A stretch of 64,000 nt of DNA from an uncultured Rhodospirillales bacterium. GTDB lineage: Bacteria; Pseudomonadota; Alphaproteobacteria; Rhodospirillales; UBA2165. The notes beneath the pieces are model-generated. The model did not search any database, had not been told where the DNA came from, and saw only the letters and a program-made list of their open reading frames with translations. The position numbers were made by a program, and so were the translations under genes. This document shows, piece by piece, positions 7,722 through 17,928 of this stretch; the first letter of the stretch is position 1, and every line of letters starts with the position of its first letter. Location: the NCBI GenBank assembly GCA_913055735.1, contig CAJXKD010000002.1, forward strand, positions 472,150 through 536,149. The letters run 5' to 3'.

Positions 7722-10700
7722 GTGTCTTTTCGGGGTCGGGCGACAGTATACGGGAAAGGGACCGCGGTGGAGCGGGGCGTCTTCAAATATATCCTGCGCT
7801 ATAGCAGGCCGCAGCAAATCTTGCTGCTGACCCTTTCGGTTCTCTCGTTCCCCGTTTATTACGCGTCTCTGCAGCTCCCCAAGATGATCGTCGATGACGG
7901 TATCGGTGCGGAAGATTTCCCCCGCACGTTCCTCGGCACCGAGTTCGAGCATATTCCTTTTTTGCTGTTTCTCTGCGGCATCTTTCTGGCGCTGGTCTTC
8001 TTCAACGGCGCGTTCAAATACGTCATCAACGTCTTTAAGGGATCGAGCGGCGAGCGCCTGTTGCGCCGTCTCAGATACCAACTTATCTCCCGCGTTCTTC
8101 GCTTCCCGCTGCCGCAGTTCCGGAAAGTGTCGCAAGGCGAATTGGTGTCCATGATCACTGCCGAAACGGAGCCGCTCGGCGGTTTCTTCGGCGAAGGCTT
8201 GGCGACGCCTGTTTATCAAGGCGGAATGTTAGTCACCCTGATGACATTCATGTTCGTGCAGGATTGGAAGCTGGGTCTTGCGGCGGTCGCCCTGTACCCG
8301 TTTCAGGCTTGGCTCATTCCCAAGTTGCAGCGTCAGGTAAATGCGCTCGGCAAGGAGCGGGTGCGAACCGTTCGGCAGTTGTCGGAACGGATTGGCGAGG
8401 CGGTGTCCGGCGCGAGCGAGATTCATGCGAATGATACCGCGCAGTACGAATTGGCCGACTTTTCGTCCCGGTTGGGGCGCATCTATGCCATTCGCTTCGA
8501 GATTTATCTCAAGAAGTTCTTCATCAAGTTCCTGAACAACTTTCTTGCCCAGCTGACACCGTTCTTTTTCTACTCCATTGGCGGCATCCTAGTCATCAAC
8601 GGGCAGATCACGATCGGGGCGCTGATCGCAATCCTTTCGGCTTACAAGGATGTCTTGGCGCCGTGGAAAATTCTGCTCAACTACTATCAGCAGAAAGAGG
8701 ACGCTCGGATCAAATACGAGCAGATCATTGAACGCTTCGAACCTACCGGTCTGCTCGATGAAAAGATGCAGGAGGAAGAGCCGGACGATCTGCCCCGCTT
8801 CGAAGGGCGGCTCGTCGCATCGAACGTCGGCTGGTCCGAGGACGATGGCTTGAAAGTTCTCGACGGGGCGTCGCTCGCCATTGATCTTCCCAAGCACGTC
8901 GCGTTGACCGGCCCGGCCGGCGGCGGGAAGGGGGAGTTCTCGCAACTCCTGGCGCGGCTTTTGGTGCCAAGCAGCGGCCGTATAACGATCGGCGACTCCA
9001 ACCTTATTGAGTTGCCGGAATCGGTAACGGGACGGCGCATCGCCTATGTCGGGCAAAGCCCGTATATGTTCAATGCATCGATCCGCGATAACCTTCTGTA
9101 CGGTCTAAAGCATCGGGTGTTGCAGGAACCCGAATACGACGCCGACGCCCGCAAGGAGCGCGAGAAGGAGATTCTCGAATCCCAAAGATCTGGCAATAGC
9201 GTCTACGATCCTTCAGCGATCTGGGTGGATGTCGGCTCCGCAGGGACTGAAGATGACGAAGCCTTGGCGCACCGGATAAACGAGGTGCTTCGAACGGTGG
9301 GGCTTCGCCGGGACGTCTATCAGATGGGATTGCGCCGGACCATAGACCCGGTGGAGCGGCGGGCCTTGGCCAAGCGGGTGCTTGAGGCGCGCGCCAAGCT
9401 GAGGGAGCGTTTGCTCGACCCTGAGCTCGCCCAATTCGTCGAGACTTTCGATCCGGAAAAATATAATAGCAACGCGTCGGTTGCCGAAAATATCCTGTTC
9501 GGCACGCCGGTCGGCGACCAATTGGCGATCGAGAAGCTCGGGGAAAACAGCTATATGCTGCGTGTTCTCGACGAGGTTGGTCTTGCCCAGGCGTTTCTGG
9601 AAAAGGGCTTGCGGCTCGCGGAGATCATGGTCGATCTGTTCCGCGGCCTGTCACCGGATCACGAGTTCTTCGAGCGGTTCAGCTTCATCAGCTCTGACGA
9701 TTTGCCGGACTTTCAAGCTATTGTACAGCGCGCGGCCCAAAGCGGGCTGGATAGTCTTCCCGAAGACGAGCGGGCGAGACTTCGGGCGTTGCCGTTCCTA
9801 CTGATCCCCGCCCGCCATCACCTGGACATTATCGACGAGCCTTTCCAGCGCCAGTTGTTGGATGCGCGCCGCGCCTTTCATGCCAGCCTCCCCAAGGAAT
9901 TGGCGTCGGCTGTCGAATTCTTCGATGTCGAGAAGTACAACTCCGCGAGTTCCATCCAGGACAATATTCTGTTCGGCAAGCTTGCCCGGGAACGGGCCGG
10001 AAGCGCCGAGAAAGTCGGCGTCTTGCTTGCGGAGGCCGTGGATGAAGTCGGACTTCGCCAGGACATCCTCGAGCTGGGTCTCGACGTCAATGTCGGCATC
10101 GGCGGCAGTCGCTTGTCGGCGCTTCAAAGGCAAAAACTGGCCATCGCCCGAGGCCTGATGAAATGTCCCGATATTTTCATCCTGAACGAAGCGTTGTCGG
10201 GACTCGATCCGGACAACCAATCGTTGTTGCTCGAGAGCGTGTTGCGTGAGCAAGAGGGTCGGTCGGTCGTTTATGTGAACGGACCAACGGCGTCGACGGA
10301 CCATTTCGATCAGGTCATTTCCATCGCCGGTGGGCGAGTGGTCGATCATGGTGTGGGCGCGGCGCCGCCGCTCGAGGAAGCGCCCGCGGTTCCCGCGGAA
10401 GAGGTCGCCGGCGGCGGTTTTGGAGGCGAAATCGATGTTCTGGCGTCGCTTCCCTTGTTTCGTGGCATCGACCGCTCGCGTCTCAAACTGCTGGCCTTCG
10501 CCAGCCAGCGCCACATTTATGACCCGGGTCAGTACGTTATCCGGCAGGGCGAGGTCGGGGAAAACGCCTATATCGTCATTGACGGTGAGGCCGAAATCCT
10601 GCTCGACACGGGAGATGAGTTGAAAAAACTCGCGACATTGAAGCGCAACGACTTGTTCGGCGAACTGGCGCTCCTTTGCGAGGCACCGCGGACCGCCTCG

Positions 10701-11387
10701 ATCGTCGCCTCGACGCCCCTGACGGTTATGAGCATTTCCAAGGACGTTTTCATCAAGCTGGTCGCCGAAGATGTCGAGATGTCGGCGCGGGTGACCCGGT
10801 CTATTGCTGATAGCTTGGTGCGCACGACCGAGGATTTGAGCGAGGCGGCCCGGGTTCACGATTCCACAACGGACCTGCCCGACGCGCGGCTGTTCAACGA
10901 CCGGCTCCGGTATGCGGTTGCGCGCGGACGGCGTTTCCAGGAGGCCGCCGCGATCATTACGTTCAATCTGGAGCGATTCTTCGATGCGGACAGCGGCTAT
11001 TCGGAGGCCGACCGCGATGCTTTGTTAAAAGTCATCGCCGTACGCATCCGCGATGCCATCCGCGAAACAGACATGGCGGCGCGCCTTGATGACCTCGAGT
11101 TCGGGGTTCTCTTAAGTCCGGTCGACGGCAGCCTTTCGCATCAGGATATGGCGCAGCGTATCGCCGACAGTCTGTCTGCGCCTATCGATTTGCCCGAACG
11201 GTCGGTCCGGTTGACTGAAGCATGCGCGTTCAAGTTCCTCCAACTCGACGGCCGGGACGCGGAGGATCAGTTGCGGTCTTGTCGCAAAGGCGAAGGAAAG
11301 GTCATTCAAGTTTCCGGACGGGGGCAGGCGCCGGAACCGCGGCCAAAGGGACAAAATGGTGCCGGTGCCGATCGCAGGTCCACTTAG
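7722..11387 (+). CDS. ABC exporter-type TMD + degenerate/expanded NBD + cNMP-binding domain + degenerate GGDEF domain (1221-aa fusion)
   Basis: Six-TM type I exporter region. NBD-like motifs GPAGGGKGE, LSALQRQ and IFILNEALSGLD. cNMP phosphate-binding cassette FGELALLCEAPRTASIVA. GGDEF-like region with RETD-MAARL-DDLEF. The exact start is uncertain. Confidence 0.8.
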   Translation: MSFRGRATVYGKGTAVERGVFKYILRYSRPQQILLLTLSVLSFPVYYASLQLPKMIVDDGIGAEDFPRTFLGTEFEHIPFLLFLCGIFLALVFFNGAFKYVINVFKGSSGERLLRRLRYQLISRVLRFPLPQFRKVSQGELVSMITAETEPLGGFFGEGLATPVYQGGMLVTLMTFMFVQDWKLGLAAVALYPFQAWLIPKLQRQVNALGKERVRTVRQLSERIGEAVSGASEIHANDTAQYELADFSSRLGRIYAIRFEIYLKKFFIKFLNNFLAQLTPFFFYSIGGILVINGQITIGALIAILSAYKDVLAPWKILLNYYQQKEDARIKYEQIIERFEPTGLLDEKMQEEEPDDLPRFEGRLVASNVGWSEDDGLKVLDGASLAIDLPKHVALTGPAGGGKGEFSQLLARLLVPSSGRITIGDSNLIELPESVTGRRIAYVGQSPYMFNASIRDNLLYGLKHRVLQEPEYDADARKEREKEILESQRSGNSVYDPSAIWVDVGSAGTEDDEALAHRINEVLRTVGLRRDVYQMGLRRTIDPVERRALAKRVLEARAKLRERLLDPELAQFVETFDPEKYNSNASVAENILFGTPVGDQLAIEKLGENSYMLRVLDEVGLAQAFLEKGLRLAEIMVDLFRGLSPDHEFFERFSFISSDDLPDFQAIVQRAAQSGLDSLPEDERARLRALPFLLIPARHHLDIIDEPFQRQLLDARRAFHASLPKELASAVEFFDVEKYNSASSIQDNILFGKLARERAGSAEKVGVLLAEAVDEVGLRQDILELGLDVNVGIGGSRLSALQRQKLAIARGLMKCPDIFILNEALSGLDPDNQSLLLESVLREQEGRSVVYVNGPTASTDHFDQVISIAGGRVVDHGVGAAPPLEEAPAVPAEEVAGGGFGGEIDVLASLPLFRGIDRSRLKLLAFASQRHIYDPGQYVIRQGEVGENAYIVIDGEAEILLDTGDELKKLATLKRNDLFGELALLCEAPRTASIVASTPLTVMSISKDVFIKLVAEDVEMSARVTRSIADSLVRTTEDLSEAARVHDSTTDLPDARLFNDRLRYAVARGRRFQEAAAIITFNLERFFDADSGYSEADRDALLKVIAVRIRDAIRETDMAARLDDLEFGVLLSPVDGSLSHQDMAQRIADSLSAPIDLPERSVRLTEACAFKFLQLDGRDAEDQLRSCRKGEGKVIQVSGRGQAPEPRPKGQNGAGADRRST

Positions 11388-11415
11388 AGGCGAACAGTCA
11401 GAAGATTGAACGAAA

Positions 11416-11907
11416 TTGATGACGCAACCGCATAGATATCCATTTGAGCATCTCCGTGCCGACTATCTACGGGCAGGGGGCGGCGTCGTGCTGTGTTTGG
11501 CCCCCTTTGCCGTCGGGATGCCGTTGTCGGGCGGCGCGTGGGTTCTGTTGGGATGTGCGGCATTGTTTTTGCTCTACGGTCTGCGGACGGGAATGCGCCA
11601 AATGACCCGTGTTTGGGTCACTGATGACGGCATCGTTTCCGACGGCCCCATCAAAACGCGCATTGCCTGGGAAACGCTTGAAGATGTTCGGCTTTCTTAT
11701 TTCTCCACACGCCGCGGATCGGCGTCGGGCTGGCTGCAGCTTCGCCTCAAAGGAGCCGGTGCGACGATCCGGCTGGAATCGACGTTGACCGGTTTCGACG
11801 ATGTCGTGCGGTGCGCACTTCGCAAGGCTGGGGAACGAAGCCTTGCGTTGAACGCCGCGACGCAAAACAATATTTCGGCAATGGGACTTGTGACGGCGGA
11901 TGGCTGA
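11416..11907 (+). CDS. Hypothetical membrane protein (two N-terminal TM segments plus soluble C-terminal domain)
   Basis: 163-aa ORF with hydrophobic N-terminus. Its 3' end overlaps the ATG of the following ABC ATPase by 8 nt (11900-11907). No family recognised. Confidence 0.5.
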   Translation: MMTQPHRYPFEHLRADYLRAGGGVVLCLAPFAVGMPLSGGAWVLLGCAALFLLYGLRTGMRQMTRVWVTDDGIVSDGPIKTRIAWETLEDVRLSYFSTRRGSASGWLQLRLKGAGATIRLESTLTGFDDVVRCALRKAGERSLALNAATQNNISAMGLVTADG

Positions 11908-13831
11908 ACTTTCACAAAAGAGCAACTTGCTTCGGGTCGAGAATCTGAAAGTCGAATTCAGAACGCAATCCGGCGTCGTTTCCGCCGTTGACGGCGTGTC
12001 ATTCGCCGTGGAGCCGGGCGCGACGGTGGCCATTGTTGGTGAGTCCGGATCAGGCAAGTCGACGGTCGCGCAAGCCATCATGGGGATTTTACCGAAAGTC
12101 GCGTCGATCACCGGCGGGCAAATTCTGTTCAACGATCCGGACCACCGGGAAGGCCGGTCGCAATCGATGCAATTCCCGGATGGCGTCGATATCGCCAAGC
12201 TGAAACCGAGTGGCCGTGAGATGCAGTGCATTCGCGGCGGTCGTATCTCCATGATCTTTCAGGAGCCGATGACCTCCTTGTCGCCGCTACATACCATCGG
12301 CAACCAGATCAGCGAAGCCAACATGCTCCATTGCGGAACGAGCAAGAAGGAAGCCCTTGAGGCAACAACCGAGATGTTGCGCCTCGTCGGGTTCCCCGAT
12401 CCTGAGAAGGCCGTTCACACCTACCCCTTCGAGCTTTCCGGCGGATTGCGCCAGCGGGCGATGATCGCGATGGCGTTGGTTTGCGACCCGGCCTTACTGA
12501 TCGCCGATGAGCCGACGACGGCGCTGGACGTGACCATCCAGGCGCAGATCTTGAAGCTGATCAGCGATTTGCAATACCGATTGAAGATGGCGGTGCTAAT
12601 TATCACGCACGATCTCGGTGTCGTGGCCAACGTCGCCGACAATGTGGTGGTTTTGTACAACGGCCAGGTGATGGAATCTGGGCCCGTTCAGGAGATATTC
12701 GAAAAACCTGAGCATCCGTATTTGAAATCGCTCTTCCGCGCGGTGCCGCATTTCGACATGAAACCAGGAGAGCGGTTGGTCCCCATTCGGGAAATCAAGC
12801 ACACCACGGGGCATTTGTTGGCGCCGAAGGAAGATGCAGTTGCCGGAGGGCAGGACGACGCGCCGCTGCTCAGCGTCAAGAACCTGAGTAAGTCGTTCAC
12901 GGTCCGTCAGGAAGGGTTGCTCGGCGGCGGTACGACCCGCATAAGGGCCGTTCAGGATGTCAGCTTCGATATCGCGCGCGGTGAGACTCTCGGACTGGTG
13001 GGGGAAAGCGGGTGCGGCAAAACCACCGTGAGCAAGATGATCATGCGGGCGGTCAACCCCGATGGCGGTCAAATTCTGTTCAGGGACGGCGGCAACGTGA
13101 TTGATCTGACGTCCTTGAGCCAACGGGAGCTCATCCCTTACCGGCGTAAGTTTCAATATGTTTTCCAGGATCCTTTCGGCTCGCTCAATCCGCGCATGAC
13201 GGTCTACGACATCATCAGCGAGCCGCTGATGATCCACGACATCGGGGATGCCGATTATAAGCGGGAGATGGTGAAGGAGCTCATGAACCTCGTGGGACTG
13301 GACCCGAGATTCCTCAATCGGTACCCGCACAGTTTCTCCGGCGGTCAACGGCAACGGATCAGTATCGCGCGGTCCCTGGCACTCAAACCGGAACTATTGC
13401 TGTGCGATGAGCCTGTCTCCGCATTGGATGTTTCCGTGCAAGCGCAAATCCTCAATCTTATGAAAGACTTACAAGAAGAACTTGGCCTTACTTATCTATT
13501 CGTTTCGCACAATTTGGCGGTTGTCGATTATGTTGCGGACCGGATCGCCGTCATGTGCGCGGGGCAAATGGTCGAGTTGGCGCGGCGTGAGGAATTATTT
13601 AAGAATCCCGTTCATCCTTATACGAAAGCCCTCTTGGCGGCGGTTCCGTTTCCCGATCTCGATCGGCGTCTCGACTTGACCGCGCTCATGGAAGGCAAGG
13701 CGTCGGTTCCGTCATTATGGCCCGAACCGTTCGCCGTAAAACCGGGGGTGAACCCGGTATTGGTGGATATCGGGAACGAACATTTTGTCAGGGTTTCAGG
13801 CGAAGCGTCTGATTTGAGGGAAGCATCATGA
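11900..13831 (+). CDS. Peptide/opine-type ABC importer ATPase with duplicated NBD (DppD-DppF fusion, YejF-like)
   Basis: Two full NBDs: GESGSGKST...LSGGLRQR...[11 protein letters not shown] and GESGCGKTT...FSGGQRQR...[11 protein letters not shown]. Confidence 0.9.
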   Translation: MAELSQKSNLLRVENLKVEFRTQSGVVSAVDGVSFAVEPGATVAIVGESGSGKSTVAQAIMGILPKVASITGGQILFNDPDHREGRSQSMQFPDGVDIAKLKPSGREMQCIRGGRISMIFQEPMTSLSPLHTIGNQISEANMLHCGTSKKEALEATTEMLRLVGFPDPEKAVHTYPFELSGGLRQRAMIAMALVCDPALLIADEPTTALDVTIQAQILKLISDLQYRLKMAVLIITHDLGVVANVADNVVVLYNGQVMESGPVQEIFEKPEHPYLKSLFRAVPHFDMKPGERLVPIREIKHTTGHLLAPKEDAVAGGQDDAPLLSVKNLSKSFTVRQEGLLGGGTTRIRAVQDVSFDIARGETLGLVGESGCGKTTVSKMIMRAVNPDGGQILFRDGGNVIDLTSLSQRELIPYRRKFQYVFQDPFGSLNPRMTVYDIISEPLMIHDIGDADYKREMVKELMNLVGLDPRFLNRYPHSFSGGQRQRISIARSLALKPELLLCDEPVSALDVSVQAQILNLMKDLQEELGLTYLFVSHNLAVVDYVADRIAVMCAGQMVELARREELFKNPVHPYTKALLAAVPFPDLDRRLDLTALMEGKASVPSLWPEPFAVKPGVNPVLVDIGNEHFVRVSGEASDLREAS

Positions 13832-15735
13832 GACGGTTAGCGGGCATTTTTCTTGCTGCGTGGGTGATTGCGGTCGGCGTTGGCGTCGCGCCGTTGGGCG
13901 CGATGACGTTCAAGGAAACGCCAAGCCTGGAAGACGCGGTCAAATCCGGGAAATTACCGCCCATCGCCGAGCGCCTTCCGGACAATCCGTCGGTGGTGAA
14001 GTTCACCCGCCCGGACCGCGGTCTGGGGACGCCTGGCGGTACGTTGAATACGTTGATGGGCGCCGAGAAAGACGTGCGCCAGATGGTCGTGTACGGCTAT
14101 GCGCGGCTCATCGGCTATGACGAAGACTTCGAATTGGTGCCGGACATCGCCGAAAAGATCGATGTGGAGGAGGGGCGGATTTTCACGTTCCACCTGCGCA
14201 AGGGGCACCGGTGGTCCGACGGGCACCCGTTTACTGCGGAAGATTTCCGGTATTGGTGGGAGGACATGGCCCTCAATCCGGATATATCCAAACTCGGCCC
14301 CCCCGCGTTCATGATGGCTGACGGCGAGCGGCCGAAATTCGAGGTCATCGATGAAACGACCGTGCGGTATAGCTGGTCACGGCCGCAGCCGGACTTTCTG
14401 ACACGGCTTGCCGGTGCGCGCCCGGAGTTCATCTATCGCCCGGCGCATTATATGAAGCAATTTCACGCCAAGTATCAGGATCCGGCGAAACTCGAACAAC
14501 TGGTCAAGGAAGAACACCGGCGCAATTGGGTCGCCCTCCATTTCTTCCACGATCGCCCGTACAAGAACGACAATCCGCATTTCCCGACGTTGCAGCCATG
14601 GATGCTGACCAACGAACCACCTGCCAAGCGCTTCGTTTTCAAGCGTAACCCGTATTATTACCGCGTCGACGAAGCCGGGCGGCAATTGCCTTACATCGAT
14701 GAGGTGATCGTGACGATCGCGAGCGCCAAACTGATCCCGCCCAAGACAGGTACCGGGGAAACCGATCTCCAGGCCCGTGGGCTGACGCTCAAGAATTTCC
14801 CGTTCCTCAAAAAAGCGGAGAAACGGAACGGCTACAGAATTTATCTTTGGCCGACGGCCAAAGGTTCCGAGATGGTTCTCTATCCCAATCTGAATCACAA
14901 CGATCCCGAATGGCGAAAACTGTTCCGCGACATTCGCTTCCGGCGCGCACTGTCGTTGGCAACCGACCGCGGGCAGATCAACAAGCTGATCTATTTCGGT
15001 TTGGCGTCCCCCTCCGCAAACGCGATCCTGCCGGAAAGCCCCTTGTACAAAGCGAAGTATGGGGAGCACTGGGCGGAGTACGATTTAAAGAAGGCCAACG
15101 CACTTTTGGACGAAATGGGCCTGACCAAGCGCAATGACAGCGGCATTCGCGTTTTGCCCGACGGGCGTCCGTTGGAAATCACGGTGGAAACCTCTGGCGA
15201 GAACCTGGAGCAAACGGATGTTCTCCAACTGGTGGCGGAAACCTGGAAAAAGGCCGGCGTAAAGATGTTTATCAAGCCGTCGCAGCGCGAGGTCCTGCGT
15301 AACCGGGTTTTCTCAGGCGAAACGCAAATGGCCGTGTGGTCGGGGCTCGAGAACGGCGTGCCGACGGCTGAATCGAGCCCCGCGGAACTGGCGCCCTTGA
15401 GTCAGCAGCATCTTCAATGGCCGAAATGGGGACAGTACCTGGAAACCAATGGCAAGGCCGGCGAGCCGATCGATATGCCCAAGGCTAAGCACCTCATGGA
15501 CCTCTACGATAATTGGACCATGGCAACCTCGACGGACGAGAAACGGAAAATCTGGCACGAGATGCTCGATATCTACACCGAGCAGGTCTACACGATTGGA
15601 TTGATTTCCCGCGTGCCGCAGCCGGTCGTCGTGAACTCCCGTCTTCGGAACGTTCCCGATAAGGCGATCTACAACTGGGATCCGGGTGCCCATTTCGGCA
15701 TCTACCATCCCGATACATTTTGGTTTGAGCAATAG
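13828..15735 (+). CDS. ABC transporter substrate-binding protein, family 5 (peptide/nickel/opine type)
   Basis: Signal peptide ([25 protein letters not shown]), 635 aa, family-5 SBP-like sequence. Start overlaps the upstream stop. Confidence 0.85.
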   Translation: MRRLAGIFLAAWVIAVGVGVAPLGAMTFKETPSLEDAVKSGKLPPIAERLPDNPSVVKFTRPDRGLGTPGGTLNTLMGAEKDVRQMVVYGYARLIGYDEDFELVPDIAEKIDVEEGRIFTFHLRKGHRWSDGHPFTAEDFRYWWEDMALNPDISKLGPPAFMMADGERPKFEVIDETTVRYSWSRPQPDFLTRLAGARPEFIYRPAHYMKQFHAKYQDPAKLEQLVKEEHRRNWVALHFFHDRPYKNDNPHFPTLQPWMLTNEPPAKRFVFKRNPYYYRVDEAGRQLPYIDEVIVTIASAKLIPPKTGTGETDLQARGLTLKNFPFLKKAEKRNGYRIYLWPTAKGSEMVLYPNLNHNDPEWRKLFRDIRFRRALSLATDRGQINKLIYFGLASPSANAILPESPLYKAKYGEHWAEYDLKKANALLDEMGLTKRNDSGIRVLPDGRPLEITVETSGENLEQTDVLQLVAETWKKAGVKMFIKPSQREVLRNRVFSGETQMAVWSGLENGVPTAESSPAELAPLSQQHLQWPKWGQYLETNGKAGEPIDMPKAKHLMDLYDNWTMATSTDEKRKIWHEMLDIYTEQVYTIGLISRVPQPVVVNSRLRNVPDKAIYNWDPGAHFGIYHPDTFWFEQ

Positions 15736-15771
15736 ACGGCTCCGGAGCGGGCGACGGAGAGCTGACCGTTC

Positions 15772-16767
15772 ATGTTGAATTATCTCGCACGCCGCATATT
15801 GGTGATGATCGTAACCTTGGCGATCATCAGCCTGATGGTGTTCGTGATCATTCAATTGCCGGAAGGTGATTTCCTCACCAGCTATATCACCGAGTTGCAA
15901 AGCCAGGGCGAGGCGGTCGACAAGCAGAAGATCGAATATCTACGGGCGCAATATGGCCTCGATCAACCCTTGTGGCAGCAATACCTCACCTGGGTCGGCG
16001 GATTGGTGCAAGGCGACCTCGGATATTCCTTCGAGTACGACCTGCCGGTGACGGTCGTTCTCGGTGACCGATTGCTCCTGACCATCGTCGTCAATTTCTT
16101 TTCTGTTCTGTTCATCTACATCATTGCGTTCCCCATCGGTGTCTATTCGGCGGTGCGCCAATACAGTTGGGGCGACTACGGCCTGACGCTGGTCGGATTC
16201 TTGGGGCTGGCGACGCCCAATTTTTTGCTGGCGCTGATCCTCATGTATCTCGCCAACCGCTATTTCGGCACCTCCATCGGCACGTTGATGGCACCCGAAT
16301 ACCTCGATCAACCCATGTCCTTCGGCAAGATGATTTCCATCCTCGAACATCTGGCGGTGCCGGTGATCATTATCGGCACGGCGGGCACGGCGGGGATGAT
16401 CCGCCGGCTGCGCGCCAATCTTCTCGACGAATTGTTCAAGCAGTATGTGGTGACAGCCCGCGCCAAAGGTCTGTCCGAGGGTAAGTTGCTGGTCAAATAC
16501 CCGCTGCGTATGGCGCTCAACCCGTTTATCGCCGACATCGGCAATTTGCTGCCGCAAGTGGTCTCGGGCTCGGTCATCGTGTCCATCGTCATGGGCCTGG
16601 AAACCGTCGGTCCGCCGCTGGTCAAGGCGTTGCAGAGCCAGGATTTCTTCCTCTCCGGGGCGGTGTTGATGTTTGTCGCGCTGCTCACCGTCATCGGCAT
16701 GTTCATTTCTGATCTGGCACTGGCGGTTCTCGATCCCCGTATCCGGTTGCAGGGGGGCGCGCGGTAA
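15772..16767 (+). CDS. ABC transporter permease (DppB/YejB-like)
   Basis: N-terminal MLNYLARRILVMIVTL motif typical of DppB-type permeases, and an EAA loop (ARAKGLSEGKLLVKYPLRMALNP). Confidence 0.9.
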   Translation: MLNYLARRILVMIVTLAIISLMVFVIIQLPEGDFLTSYITELQSQGEAVDKQKIEYLRAQYGLDQPLWQQYLTWVGGLVQGDLGYSFEYDLPVTVVLGDRLLLTIVVNFFSVLFIYIIAFPIGVYSAVRQYSWGDYGLTLVGFLGLATPNFLLALILMYLANRYFGTSIGTLMAPEYLDQPMSFGKMISILEHLAVPVIIIGTAGTAGMIRRLRANLLDELFKQYVVTARAKGLSEGKLLVKYPLRMALNPFIADIGNLLPQVVSGSVIVSIVMGLETVGPPLVKALQSQDFFLSGAVLMFVALLTVIGMFISDLALAVLDPRIRLQGGAR

Positions 16768-17921
16768 TGAGCGACCGCATGGATCATTTCGTTTCCACCG
16801 AGCCGTTCGACCCGCAGGCGATCGAGGCCCTTTCGCCCGAACAGGAACGCTATTACATGGCGTCCCAGTGGAAGATGATGTGGTGGCGTCTCCGCCGGCA
16901 TAAACTGGCGGTGATTTCAGGCTTCGTGCTGCTGGTGATGTACGTATCCGTGGTGATCACCGAGTTCCTGGCGCCCTACGAACTTTCTACCCGTAACGTC
17001 GATTATCTTTTCGCGCCGCCGCAGGGCATTCACCTGTTCCATGAGGGGCGGTTCGTCGGCCCGTTTACCTATGGGCTCGAGCAGACCTTGAACATGGAAA
17101 CGCTGCAGCGGGAATACGCGGTCGATGAAACCAATGTGCAGCCATTGCGCTTTTTCTGCAGCGGCGACCCTTACAGATTCTGGGGATTGTTCGAAGCCGA
17201 CCTCCATCTTGTTTGTCCGGCGGAGGACGGCACGCTGTTCCTATTGGGGACCGACCGGTTGGGTCGCGATATGTGGTCGCGCATTCTGTATGGGGCGCGG
17301 GTGTCGTTGACCGTCGGTTTGATCGGCATCACCTTGAGTTTTATCCTCGGCATCGTGATCGGCGGTGCTGCCGGGTACTTCGGCGGCTGGGTCGACAGCA
17401 TCGTCCAGCGGGTCATCGAAATTCTCCGTTCCTTGCCCGAACTGCCCTTGTGGATGGCACTATCGGCGGCCCTGCCGGCCCGGTGGAGCCCCATCGTGAT
17501 TTATTTCGGCATCACCATTATTTTGGCGCTCGTCGATTGGCCGGGGCTCGCGCGCGCGGTGCGATCGAAACTCCTGGCTCTGCGGGAAGAGGATTTCGCG
17601 ACGGCGGCGACCCTCATGGGTGCCCGACCGCGCCGCGTGATCGCCCGCCATCTCCTACCCAATTTCATGAGCCACCTGATCGCGTCCGCGACCCTTTCTA
17701 TTCCCAGCATGATCCTGGCGGAAACCGCGTTGAGCTTCCTGGGACTTGGTTTGCGCCCGCCGGTGACGAGTTGGGGCGTATTGTTGATCGAGGCGCAAAA
17801 TATCGAGGCGGTGACGCTGTTCCCATGGTTGATGACGCCGATGGTGCCGGTCATCATCACGGTGCTCGCTTTCAATTTCCTTGGGGACGGATTGCGCGAC
17901 GCCGCCGATCCTTACAAATAG
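16767..17921 (+). CDS. ABC transporter permease (DppC/YejE-like)
   Basis: GTDRLGRDMWSRILYGARVSL motif and an EAA-type loop (AATLMGARPRRVIARHLLPN). Confidence 0.9.
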   Translation: MSDRMDHFVSTEPFDPQAIEALSPEQERYYMASQWKMMWWRLRRHKLAVISGFVLLVMYVSVVITEFLAPYELSTRNVDYLFAPPQGIHLFHEGRFVGPFTYGLEQTLNMETLQREYAVDETNVQPLRFFCSGDPYRFWGLFEADLHLVCPAEDGTLFLLGTDRLGRDMWSRILYGARVSLTVGLIGITLSFILGIVIGGAAGYFGGWVDSIVQRVIEILRSLPELPLWMALSAALPARWSPIVIYFGITIILALVDWPGLARAVRSKLLALREEDFATAATLMGARPRRVIARHLLPNFMSHLIASATLSIPSMILAETALSFLGLGLRPPVTSWGVLLIEAQNIEAVTLFPWLMTPMVPVIITVLAFNFLGDGLRDAADPYK

Positions 17922-17928
17922 AAAACGG

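Noticed and set aside
11900-17921. ATPase-first order of the peptide ABC importer as something unusual
   Set aside because: All four components are canonical Dpp/Opp/Yej-type parts with intact motifs. Gene-order variation in this family is common.
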